From assembly GCF_009914755.1 (NCBI RefSeq), contig NC_060927.1: 64,000 nucleotides of DNA; one strand, 5' to 3'. The notes under the pieces were generated by a model, which was not told where the DNA came from, ran no database searches, and was given only the letters and a program-made list of their open reading frames with translations. Shown piece by piece: positions 1 to 13,389 of the stretch. Origin of the DNA: the human T2T-CHM13v2.0 reference genome, Homo sapiens. The stretch's first letter is position 1; every line of letters starts with the position of its first letter. Both the position numbers and the translations under genes were made by a program.

Positions 1-258
1 CAGCACTTTGGGAGGCTGAGGCGGGCAGATCACAAGGTCAGGAGATCGAGACCACCCTGGCTAACACGGTGAAACCCCGTCTCTATTAAAAATACAAAGA
101 ATTAGCCGGGCGTGGTGGTGGGCCCCTGTAGTCCCAGCTACTCAGGAGGCTGAGGCAGGAGAATGGCGTGAACCAGGGAGGCAGAGCTTGCAGTGAGCTG
201 AGATCATGTCACTGCACTCCAGCCTGGGCGACAGCGCGAGACTCCGTCTCAAAAAGAA
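1..258 (+). mobile_element. AluY-like element, 5' end cut by the window edge
   Basis: Alu consensus (GGAGATCGAGACCA..CTGGCTAACACGGTGAAACCCC..GAATGGCGTGAACC) followed by an A-rich tail. Confidence 0.9.
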
Positions 259-798
259 AAGAGAGAAAATTAAATTGATGCATGGCTATTGGCTTGGGGG
301 AGTTTTTTGTCCAGTTATTTTTTTGTTAAAGTGACCCTGGCACCCCTTGTGCTGGGTGATGGCCTGGCTGGGCTTGCTTCTGTCTCAGGCTCCTGGAGTT
401 TAGGATTCCTGCCCTCTGCAACCTCCTCACTTACCCACCTCCGGTGGTCTACTTGGACTCAGAACAAGCCCCAGTTTCCCACTTGGGGCCCCCACTGAGT
501 CTCTTGTGGACCACTGTCCCCTACCCTCTGTCACGGTTTCCAACACTCTGCTCCCCTCCTGTCTCCTCATCCAGCTCCTGCTGGCCACCATGCCTTTGCT
601 CAGGCCGTTCCCCTGGCCCTGTTACTCTCCCTTCCATCTCAAGTCTGCCTTCTTCCCAGATTCCTCCCCTGACACTGTGGCCTCTGCCACCTCCCCTTAT
701 GCCTTCTCCTGCAGTAGGGGCAGCAGCAGTCTTGCCTGAACTAGATTGGTGTTGCCACCACAGCTGCACCATGACCTCAGGGCTGAGTATCTGCATGA

Positions 799-1138
<340 letters not shown>

Positions 1139-1683
1139 GAGAGCACCAATTCTAAGTCCACTTGTGACCTGAGTGATGTGACCTGGCTGTTGGTTGGCAT
1201 CTTACCCTGGCAGTAACAAAAAGGATGGCTGGAGAGTGGGGACCTGGGACATAAAGGGAGATGGGGAAGGCTGGTCTGGGGTACAGGCAAGGTGCCAGGA
1301 GAGGCAGCATGCAGTTCTGGCCTCCTGCAGGGGTTCTGCCACTGGGGAGCACAAGGGAAAGAAGGAAACTGACCAGATTCTGAGCTGGAATTTTTACTGG
1401 GCTGGGCAGAGATGTCCACAGTGGATAGTTTGGAAAAGGCTGAGATGGGGGACTGCAGGAGAGGGGTGGTCATGAGAGCTTGGAGTAGTTGGAGCCGTCT
1501 TAGAAAGTCTTAGGCACGCCCAGCTACTCAGGAGGCTGAGGCTGAGGCAGGAAAATCGCTTCAACCTGGGAGGCAGAGGTTGCAGTGAGCCGAGATTGCA
1601 CCACTGCACTCCACCCAGACAACAGAGCAAGACTCCGTCTCAAAAAATAAAATAAAATAAAAGGAAAAGAAAAAAGAAATTTC

Positions 1684-2049
1684 AGGCAGAGGAGGTCGCG
1701 GCGCCGGAGGCCCCAGAAGGGTCGAAGGCGCCGCGGGCTGGGGTCGGTGGCTTAGGGAGCCCGTCTGGCCATGGTGGCCGCGGCTGGTGGTTGGCGCGGC
1801 TGCGCTGCGGCCCGGGGCAGTGCGGAGCCAGGACAGTCGCGGCGCTGACGCCCGCGGGCCCCAGCTGCAGATATGAAGCGGAGCCGCTGCCGCGACCGAC
1901 CGCAGCCGCCGCCGCCCGACCGCCAGGAGGATGGAGTTCAGCGGGCAGCGGAGCTGTCTCAGTCTTTGCCGCCGCGCCGGCGAGCGCCGCCCGGGAGGCA
2001 GCGGCTGGAGGAGCGGACGGGCCCCGCGGGGCCCGAGGGCAAGGAGCAG
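1684..2049 (+). other. MAST2: Transduced MAST2 exon 1 (CpG-rich 5' UTR + 59 codons) spliced into the SVA Alu-like domain
   Basis: ORF from 1873 reads MKRSRCRDRPQPPPPDRQEDGVQRAAELSQSLPPRRRAPPGRQRLEERTGPAGPEGKEQ, recognised as the MAST2 N-terminus. It joins SVA sequence (CCGCCTGCCTTGGCCTCCCAAAGTGCCGAG) at 2050; no (CCCTCT)n hexamer head. This is a transduced copy, not the MAST2 gene. Confidence 0.9.
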
Positions 2050-2189
2050 CCGCCTGCCTTGGCCTCCCAAAGTGCCGAGATTGCAGCCTCTGCCCGGCTG
2101 CCACCCCGTCTGGGAAGTGAGGAGTGTCTCTGCCTGGCCGCCCATCGTCTGGGATGTGAGGAGCCCCTCTGCCTGGCTGCCCAGTCTGG

Positions 2190-4375
2190 AAAGTGAGGAG
2201 CGTCTCCGCCCGGCCGCCATCCCATCTAGGAAGTGAGGAGCGCCTCTTCCCAGCCGCCATCACATCTAGGAAGTGAGGAGCGTCTCTGCCCGGCCGCCCA
2301 TCGTCTGAGATGTGGGGAGCGCCTCTGCCCCGCCGCCCCATCTGGGATGTGAGGAGCGCCTCTGCCCGGCCGAGACCCCGTCTGGGAGGTGAGGAGCGTC
2401 TCTGCCCGGCCGCCCCGTCTGAGAAGTGAGGAGACCCTCTGCCTGGCAACCACCCCGTCTGAGAAGTGAGGAGCCCCTCCGCCCGGCAGCTGCCCCGTCT
2501 GAGAAGTGAGGAGCCTCTCCGCCCGGCAGCCACCCCATCTGGGAAGTGAGGAGCGTCTCCGCCCGGCAGCCACCCCGTCCGGGAGGGAGGTGGGGGGGGG
2601 GGTCAGCCCCCGCCCGGCCAGCCGCCCCATCCGGGAGGGAGGTGGGGGTCAGCCCCCCCGCCCGGCCAGCCGTGCCATCCGGGAGGGAGGTGGGGGGGTC
2701 AGCCCCCCGCCTGGCCAGCCGTGCCATCCGGGAGGGAGGTGGGGGGGTCAGCCCCCCGCCCGGCCAGCCGCCCCGTCCGGGAGGTGAGGGGCGCCTCTGC
2801 CCGGCCGCCCCTACTGGGAAGTGAGGAGCCCCTCAGCCCGGCCAGCCACCCCGTCCGGGAGGGAGATGGGGGGGTCAGCCCCCCCACCCGGCCAGCCGCC
2901 CCGTCCGGTAGGGAGGTAGGGGGGTCAGCCCCCCGCCTGGCCAGCCGCCCCGTCCGGGAGGGAGGTGGGGGGGTCAGCCCTCCGCCCGGCCAGCCGCCCC
3001 GTCTGGGAGGTGAGGGGCGCCTCTGCCCAGCCGCCCCTACTGGGAAGTGAGGAGCCCCTCTGCCCGGCCAGCCGCCCCGTCCGGGAGGGAGGTGGGGGGG
3101 TCAGCCCCCCGCCCGGCCAGCCGCCCTGTCGGGGAGGGAGGTGGGGGGGTCAGCCCTCCGCCCGGCCAGCCGCCCCGTCTGGGAGGTGAGGGGCGCCTCT
3201 GCCCGGCCGCCCCTACTGGGAAGTGAGGAGCCCCTCAGCCCGGCCAGCCACCCCGTCCGGGAGGGAGATGGGGGGGTCAGCCCCCCCACCCGGCCAGCCG
3301 CCCCGTCCGGTAGGGAGGTAGGGGGGTCAGCCCCCCGCCTGGCCAGCCGCCCCGTCCGGGAGGGAGGTGGGGGGGTCAGCCCTCCGCCCGGCCAGCCGCC
3401 CCGTCTGGGAGGTGAGGGGCGCCTCTGCCCAGCCGCCCCTACTGGGAAGTGAGGAGCCCCTCTGCCCGGCCAGCCGCCCCGTCCGGGAGGGAGGTGGGGG
3501 GGTCAGCCCCCCGCCCGGCCAGCCGCCCTGTCGGGGAGGGAGGTGGGGGGGTCAGCCCTCCGCCCGGCCAGCCGCCCCGTCTGGGAGGTGAGGGGCGCCT
3601 CTGCCCGGCCGCCCCTACTGGGAAGTGAGGAGCCCCTCAGCCCGGCCAGCCACCCCGTCCGGGAGGGAGATGGGGGGGTCAGCCCCCCCACCCGGCCAGC
3701 CGCCCCGTCCGGTAGGGAGGTAGGGGGGTCAGCCCCCCGCCTGGCCAGCCGCCCGGTCCGGGAGGGAGGTGGGGGGGTCAGCCCTCCGCCCGGCCAGCCG
3801 CCCCGTCTGGGAGGTGAGGGGCGCCTCTGCCCAGCCGCCCCTACTGGGAAGTGAGGAGCCCCTCTGCCCGGCCAGCCGCCCCGTCCGGGAGGGAGGTGGG
3901 GGGGTCAGCCCCCCGCCCGGCCAGCCGCCCTGTCGGGGAGGGAGGTGGGGGGGTCAGCCCTCCGCCCGGCCAGCCGCCCCGTCTGGGAGGTGAGGGGCGC
4001 CTCTGCCCGGCCGCCCCTACTGGGAAGTGAGGAGCCCCTCTGCCCGGCCAGCCGCCCCGTCCGGGAGGGAGGTGGGGGGGTCGGCCCCCCTGCCCGGCCA
4101 GCCGCCCCGTCCGGGAGGTGAGGGGCGCCTCTGCCCGGCCGCCCCTACTGGGAAGTGAGGAGCACCTCTGCCCGGCCAGCCGCCCCGTCCGGGAGGGAGG
4201 TGGGGGGGTCAGCCCCCCGCCCGGCCAGCCGCCCCGTCTGGGAGGGAGGTTGGGGGGGGTCAGCCCCCCCGCCCAGCCAGCCGCCCTGTCCGGGAGGTGA
4301 GGGGCGCCTCTGCCCGGCCGCCCCTACTGGGAAGTGAGGAGCCCCTCTGCCCGGCCACCACCCCGTCTGGGAGGT
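2190..4375 (+). repeat. SVA GC-rich VNTR containing a 402-bp higher-order repeat
   Basis: ~40-50 bp units (GCCTCTGCCCGGCCGCCCC, GGGAGGGAGGTGGGGGGGTCAGCCCCCCG); marker GGTAGGGAGGTAG recurs at 2907, 3309, 3711. Confidence 0.95.
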
Positions 4376-4907
4376 GTGCCCAACAGCTCATTGAGAACGG
4401 GCCAGGATGACAATGGCGGCTTTGTGGAATAGAAAGGCGGGAAAGGTGGGGAAAAGATTGAGAAATCGGATGGTTGCCGTGTCTGTGTAGAAAGAAGTAG
4501 ACATGGGAGACTTTTCATTTTGTTCTGCACTAAGAAAAATTCCTCTGCCTTGGGATCCTGTTGATCTGTGACCTTACCCCCAACCCTGTGCTCTCTGAAA
4601 CATGTGCTGTGTCCACTCAGGGTTAAATGGATTAAGGGCGGTGCAAGATGTGCTTTGTTAAACAGATGCTTGAAGGCAGCATGCTCGTTAAGAGTCATCA
4701 CCAATCCCTAATCTCAAGTAATCAGGGACACAAACACTGCGGAAGGCCGCAGGGTCCTCTGCCTAGGAAAACCAGAGACCTTTGTTCACTTGTTTATCTG
4801 CTGACCTTCCCTCCACTATTGTCCCATGACCCTGCCAAATCCCCCTCTGTGAGAAACACCCAAGAATTATCAATAAAAAAATAAATTAAAAAAAAAAAAA
4901 AAAAAAA
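4376..4907 (+). mobile_element. SVA SINE-R domain (HERV-K env/LTR derived) with poly(A)
   Basis: CCCAACAGCTCATTGAGAACGGGCCAGGATGACAATGGCGGC...GAGAAACACCCAAGAATTATCAATAAA then an A-tail. Confidence 0.95.
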
Positions 4908-4918
4908 TGGACTTTCCC

Positions 4919-5228
<310 letters not shown>

Positions 5229-5398
5229 TCAAAGAAAATGTATTTAAATGTCTGCACCAATAATTCCAGCATGTGTATGAATAAATATGATATGTCCTTT
5301 ACAAAAAAAAAAAAAAAAAAAAAAAAGAAAGTCTTAGGCACAGGCTTTTGGTTTGACTGCTTTGGAAACAGCCATTTGAAATGCTTCTTGAATATTTT

Positions 5399-6018
<620 letters not shown>

Positions 6019-6370
6019 AGGAGATTTTTTCTTAAGCCTCTGAGGGCTCGCGTGATCTGGGGAAGGAGGGGTCAGACATGGTTGGCATTAGCCAGGGCTG
6101 GGTCGTGGGGGCTGGGAGGGGTAGCATATTCCTGCCCAAGGTCAAGACCTAGAGTTTCCTCTCCCTTCTCAGAGGAGGGACAAATGTGGAGGGTCCAGAG
6201 GAGTCTGGCAGCAAGGAGATGCCCCAGGTTGGCCAGGAGGCCTGGGGGACTGTCCAGCCCTGTGCTTAGCTTGCTGTGTGATCCTGGGCATATCACTCAA
6301 CCTCTCAGAGCCTTGGTTTCATCTCCAAGTTGGTCCTTCTTCAAGCTCAGGTGCTGCTATTGTTCTAAGG

Positions 6371-6505
6371 CATTGGTTCTCAAACTTCATTGTGCATCAG
6401 AATCACCTGCAGGGCTCATTGAAACACAGATTGCTGGGCCTTAACCCCAGAGTTTCTGACTCAATAGGTCTAGGGTGAGGTCTGAGAATTTCCATTTCTA
6501 ACAAG
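6371..6505. mobile_element. MER5A-like hAT DNA transposon fragment
   Basis: GGTTCTCAAACTT..TGCATCAGAATCACCTG..GATTGCTGGGCC..AGAGTTTCTGA..TTTCTAACAAG resembles the recalled MER5A consensus. Confidence 0.7.
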
Positions 6506-8785
6506 ATCTCTGCTAATTTTTGTATTTTTAGTAGAGATGAGGTTTCACCATGTTGGCCAGGCTGGTCTCGAACTCCTGACCTTAGGTGATCCACCTGCCT
6601 CGGCCTCCCAAACTGCTGGGGTCACAGGCGTGAGCCACTGCACCTGTCCTGGGTGCTAGTTTTTTTAGTTGTAAAAGTGGATGTGTGTACTTGTGTGTGA
6701 GTATATGTGTGAAATTTGCAATTGCAATTCTACTTGCTGTTGGTATAATCACCTAGGCACTAAATTCACGGAGGCCATCTGCAGCTTCTAGCCTGAGAGT
6801 TCTCAATCCCAACCCCATGCCACGACAAACTGAACTGTGAGGTTGTGGCCTGAGCTTACACATTTTTCCCAAGTGATTCTAGTGGACCAACAAGGATGGG
6901 AACCCTCCTGCTCTGTGGAGATCAAGGCTCAGGGTGGTAAAGAGGCTTGCAAACGGCACTAAGTAGAGCAATGGCTTGGCTCGCAGCCATGTAGTCAGTC
7001 TCTCAGGAGACTCCTCAGGGCTGAGATGAGTATAGAGGTCCCCAAAAGACCTGTCCAGCATGTGGCAGTCCAGCCCTCCAGCCCTTGCCCTTTGCTCTGA
7101 ACCTCCCAGCCTGAAGTTCTGGCTTCTGGACCCACTCCTCTGCCCTCCACTCCTTCTCCAGGGATTTGCTCACCCCAGCAAAGTTTTGGGATTCACAGAT
7201 GGGCAACTTCTTGGGGTCCTCAGCAGCACTGAAGTACCCCCGGCAGTTCTTCACTTGCTGTTGGGGAAAAGAACGAGTTCAGGTCATGGCCATTTACTCA
7301 GGGGGCTCCAGTGTGGTGCCTGGAAAATTCCAGCCTGGCTGAAGGGGTTGTAATGATTACTTAACTTCTTGGCTTTCCTCCACGCAACTTGTGTCACATG
7401 AAGTAGTAAGTGGGAAAGAGGGAACTGAGCCTTAGCAGACGGTCCTGACACTCACCCTGTCCCATATTTCCACCCTCATGGCAGCCCACATCTGCATTTC
7501 CAGTTTGCTGCAGAGGGCAGGAGGCAGGGCTTGAATTCTTCCACATGTCCCCATGAGAAGGACAGCAAGGTTGGTGGGTGGGGGCATTGAGTCCAAGTCC
7601 TGGTTCTGCCGTTTTCTGGATAGGGGTCCTTGTTCAAGTGATTTATCTGTGGCCCTCATTTTCGTCATCAACTGGCTCATCAGCCTTATCCAGTTTCTCC
7701 TGGGGGCTCTCACCCTCTCCCCGCACTCTGATGAAGCCAGCCTGCCTCTCCTGCAACCCTTCTTCGGGGAAAGGAAACAAATGTTCTCATATTGGCACAC
7801 AAAAGAGTACAGGCACACAAAAGAGGCAGCAGCCTCTTGGGCGGTCACTTGTTCCTGCAGCTCTGTGTTGGCCTAATCCTTGACTAACTCCCTAAGTCTT
7901 TTTCGCATATGCAGCCCCGAAGGCACTCAGATCCTGGAAAGGTCAACTGCTGAGGTTACACACTCTATGAACAGCATTAGAAATGGCTGGACATGTGCCC
8001 AGAACCCATTTGGAGACCTTGGCTCAGGTCTCTCCCCATTCAAGTCCTCAGAATCTGCATCCAGAAAGAGAGAGGACTGGAGTATTCAGGAGGTGGCCCC
8101 TGAAACCCTCTGTGACCTCAGGTTGGAGAGGAGGTAATTTGGGCTGCACATCTCAGCTCAGAAATAGCACCTGGCATCTGGTACCTGGCCTCCACGGCTC
8201 TTAGCATCTCACCATCCTTGGCCACAGGCTCCTAACCTCGCCCACAAGGCAAGGGAAGGATCTGTTCCCCAGTCACCTTGGGGAAGAGAGGTTCTAAACT
8301 GAGAGATAGTGGAGGATGGATCCCCACAAGCCATGATTCTGGGGCTCCCAGAAACTGCACCCCTTTCTCAGTGCAGCCTGAGTGATGCTCCTATAATAAA
8401 ACCGCCACCCGAGGAGGGCCTACTATGCACCCTTGCAGAGCTGCTTCCCTGCAGCCATGGCATCCAAGGCCTTCTCCAGTCAGCTCCCTGCTGGAGGATG
8501 GCCCACTTCTCACTGTTGTCTCCCATACAGCGAGCTTTTTCTTTGGAGGCATTGTCAAGCAGGTGCTTCTGAAACATTTGGAAAAAGACAGCATGTCACA
8601 GGGACAAAGCTGGCCCTTCCCACCCAGGGTTGTCACAGGATCTTCTCTCCTTCCAGTTCCCCACCTCCAGCCACACTTCTTTGTCTAACTCAGCATTGTC
8701 CAATAGAACTTTCTGTGATCAAGGAAATGTTCTATATCTGAGACATCCACTGTAACTGACTGTTGAGCAATTGAAATGGGGGTAG

Positions 8786-9124
<339 letters not shown>

Positions 9125-10392
9125 TAATTTTAATTAAGTTCAATTAATTTGAATTGAAATTGAATTGCCACTTGTGCTTATGGCTACCATACTGGCTAAT
9201 GCATTCAAGTAGAAGTGAGCAAGTTCTGATGAACAGGGAGCAGTGAGAGGGAACCTGGTCAGGGCTCAGGTCAGGGAGGAGCCAAAGAAGGAGGAAGCAA
9301 AGAGTCCATCGGAGTGAATATGAGGGTCACTAAGCAGGGGGTGAACAGCAGGAGGCCTGGCACACAGTCTCTGGCCACTGGAGGCACAGGAGTGCTGGAG
9401 CTGCACAGGGTTTGTGGATTGCTGACAAGGAGACAGGCTGGGAGCTGGGGAAGCGCTAAGGACACGGTCACCTGGCAAGAAGCTCAAGGCCTTGTCTTCC
9501 TCATTGGTGGCAATGTAGGGTTGAGAAAACTGGATTGTGCAATGGGCCCCTGGCTCTGGGTTGGTATTCCTGGACAAGACAGCATGTGATTACCTACAAG
9601 TGCCTTGGCCTTTCCCAGGAGAAACCATGCTGTGGTTTGACCGTCCCTCTCCCCTGCAAAGGACGACAGCGGGTTCCTCTGAGTGGTATATCCAATATCC
9701 AGGTCTTTCCTTTATGGCTGGGCAGAGCCTCCACCCCCGGACACCATGTCCCAGGCCCTTCTTATGAATCAGTCTAGGAAACAAAGGCACATTTACTGGA
9801 AACTGCCTATCACTATCCCGTGCTGTGTAGTGTTTCATTTGACAAATGATTTCTGAACTTGGGTCTGGACCTGCTGGGAGCGGCTCTTACCCATCTGGGC
9901 CCTCTGAGGGCAGAGCCCAATGCCGATTCTGAGAGGGGCCCAGTGAGGAAAGGAATCCTGACCTTAGGGAGTGTGTGGGCTGAAGGGAATGCAGGGGCTT
10001 GCCCTTGGGAGTCCCTGTCTGAGGGACAGACAAGACTGTCACACTTGGGAAGCCCTTGGCCTGGGAAGGAGATGCAGCCCCATAATCAGGAGCCTGGACA
10101 GAAGGAGAACTTGGGGAAGCCTTGTCTAAGGGGCATCCCAGGGCTTCATGACTCTTGTCTGAGGACAACTGTGGTCTTACCCCTGGGACTAGCCTGATGG
10201 ATAAACACAGCCTGAGACTAAAGGTGGGGTTGGTGAGCTGTCTCCTAGCCTGGTGTTGGTGGGGGACGCATCACAGAGGATGCCAACTGGGGGCTGAAAT
10301 CCAGGGGACAACCTGGAGAGGCTGAGTCTGAGCCAAAATATGACAGGGGCCTGGGGTAGTAGGTTATGTTATTAGCAAGAAGGGGAGCACAG

Positions 10393-10450
10393 TTCCCCAA
10401 CAAGATACATATGCACAGTTTCATGCGTGCATATGTATCTTGTTGGGGAA
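10393..10450. repeat. Perfect 24-bp inverted repeat with 10-nt loop
   Basis: TTCCCCAACAAGATACATATGCAC (10393-10416) / GTGCATATGTATCTTGTTGGGGAA (10427-10450). Confidence 0.97.
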
Positions 10451-12000
10451 GAGTTGGGCTAAGGCCATTGCCAAGTAAGGAGACCTGACCCTGACCTCAC
10501 TTGCCAAAACATCCCGGGAGTACAGGACTTGACAGTGGACATGCACTTGCTTACTCACTGTTGCATTTGAACAAACACTGCAGGGCATCTCATTCCCATC
10601 CTACAAATATGAGAACATTATCAAGAAAACAAGGCAACTTGCTCGAAGTCACACAGCTAGTAATCGACGGTGCTTGAGACCCTCCACCCCAGGTCTCTTG
10701 GCAATACAATTCTGCAAGTGAAAGAAAGGCAGAAGGAGGAACTTGTCCTGAGTCTGGGCAGAACCTGTGATTGGCATTCCCTGTCTGCCACAGGGTATAA
10801 GCATACCCTGCCCCATGCCCCAGGTTTAGGGAAGGAAACGTCTGCCTTTGAGTATATATTCAATACATTGCTCCAATGCATTGCTGTCTACAAGGTTGGG
10901 GCTACTGTCCCAATTTTTGCACGAGAAAGGTTCAGGGAGGGAGGCAATTTACCAGAAGTTAGCTCTTGGCCTGAGTCACCCCAATTTTCTATTTTTGAGT
11001 CAGGGTCTTGCTCTGTTGCCCTGACTGGATACAGTGGCATGATCACAGCTCACGGTAGCCTCCATCTTCTGGGCTCAAGCAATCCTCCCACCTTAGCCTC
11101 CCAAGTAGCTGGGACCACAGGTGCACACCACCATGCCCAGCTAATTTTAAAATTTTTTTGTAGAGACAGGGCCTCGCTCTGTTGCCCAGGCTGGTCTCGA
11201 ACTCCTGTCCTGAAGCACCATGCTTGGCCAACAAAGTTACTATCTCTGGGAGCACACTATGTTTACTTCTGAAGCATTAACCTAACAGGTCACATTAATA
11301 ACAACAAAAACAATTCACATGTACTGGCCACAGACCATGTTGTATTTGACCCTCACAACAATTCTACAAACTAGACATTGTGATGATCATCCCTGTTCTA
11401 CAGATGAGGAGGCAGGAGAGCAGACACATCGGTATGCAGATACACAGCTGGTCGCAGCAGGGCTGAGCCAGGAACCCAGTCAGCCTCATGAGGGAACCTG
11501 GGCTCTTTGCCTGCAAAGCCCTGGGCTTTCTGTGCTGACTATAGATTCTGGGCACAGGGAGGGACAGGGACAGTGACTCACCCACAGAGACAGAGGCTGG
11601 TGACGAATATGGTTCCTGGGATTCCCATCCCAGGACTCCCTCCCCAGTGCTCCCCAAGGGGATGAACAAACTGCCTGCTTGGTTCTCTACTTTTCAGACA
11701 AGTTGGCCATTCTGATGAAGGCTGTCTCAGGGGCAAGCAGGCCTGAGGAGGTGGGTGCTTCCACCAGGACAACCAGGGCTGCAGACACGGAGCCAGAGAG
11801 GGAACGCAGAGTGGGGGCTAAGCTGGGCTTTGTTCGCCAATGGGGGAGGGATTGTGGAGTGGGAGAGGGTAGCTCCAGCATCTGCTCATCTGTGGAAAGT
11901 CTCTCAGAGCCTTCAGCAGTCCCAGTGCACCAGGTTCCCTGATCACATTGTGTAGGAGTTGGAGCCTCCTGGGTCTGCAGGAGAGGAAGGGGCCACTTAG

Positions 12001-12351
<351 letters not shown>

Positions 12352-13389
12352 TGATCAGGCCACCTCGGCCTTCCAAAGTGCTGGGATTACGGGCGTGAGC
12401 CACCGCGCCCGGCTAAGCCTCACTTTTCTTTTCTCATTCCGCCTTGCCTAGAATCTTCTGATCACTCTATTAATGGGGTGAGCCATTATGAAAAAGGCGA
12501 GCTGGTGAGAGCCTCCTTTCTCCCTCTCTAGGAGGAAGGGGCAGCCATGGGTTCTAAAGGTCTGAAGTCAGCCGCCCTACCTCAGGTAGTGGACACCGAC
12601 CTGCATGTGCCGAGGGCAGGACTCACTCCTGGAACCTGGGAAGCCTGGACCTTGTGCGATGGCCCTGAGAGGGAAAGCAAGTGCCCCTGAGTCCAGACTT
12701 CTGCAGTTGTATCAGAGGGCCTATGCAAGCTGCTTGGGCTCTGGCTGATTTCATGTGAGGGCGTGTCCAGCACTGGCCGAAGTGGAACGTCCTCTTGAGG
12801 CAGTTGGAAAGGGGCTCTGAATATGCCAGATCTGACCTAGAGGAACACAGGAGCATGCAGCTCTCACGCCCTAGCCTAAGGACTAACATTGCCATCTGCT
12901 TCTCCCCGGTTTGGCTTCTTGGGGATCCTGAAGCCAGTCAGAAGGGTGGAGGAAGCAGGAGAGCCCTGAGAGGTCTGATATCCCTGGATGGCCCTTTTCC
13001 CAACAGCCATAAAAGACCTGATGTGCAAGCCCTGCTTGACCAACAGGCCACTGGGGCAACACTTGAACTGTGAAACCAGGTTGCACAGAAGCCCACTTCT
13101 TCCTTCTCTCAAGGCCAGGTGTGCAACCGGTGGCCTTCGTCCAGGCTTCCACCTTCCAGGAGCCCTGCTGTCCAAGCCCCCAAGTGTCCCACAGGCCAAC
13201 TGAGGTCAAGAGGTACCCCAGGCCTCAGGGCCACATGGCCAGTCCACAGAGGAGCTGGGACCGGAATTTGCCTCATGGACGCTGGACCCCTCTATCACTT
13301 TGGCCCTTTATCTCTCCTGGCTGTGATCTCTCCCTCTCCCAACACCAGCCACCCATCCCAGCTTGGTGTCTCAGCTAGAGCACCAAACA

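Noticed and set aside
1561-4704. Long GC-rich ORFs (219 aa, 283 aa etc.) on both strands
   Set aside because: They lie in the SVA Alu-like/VNTR sequence, where stop-poor repeats give spurious frames
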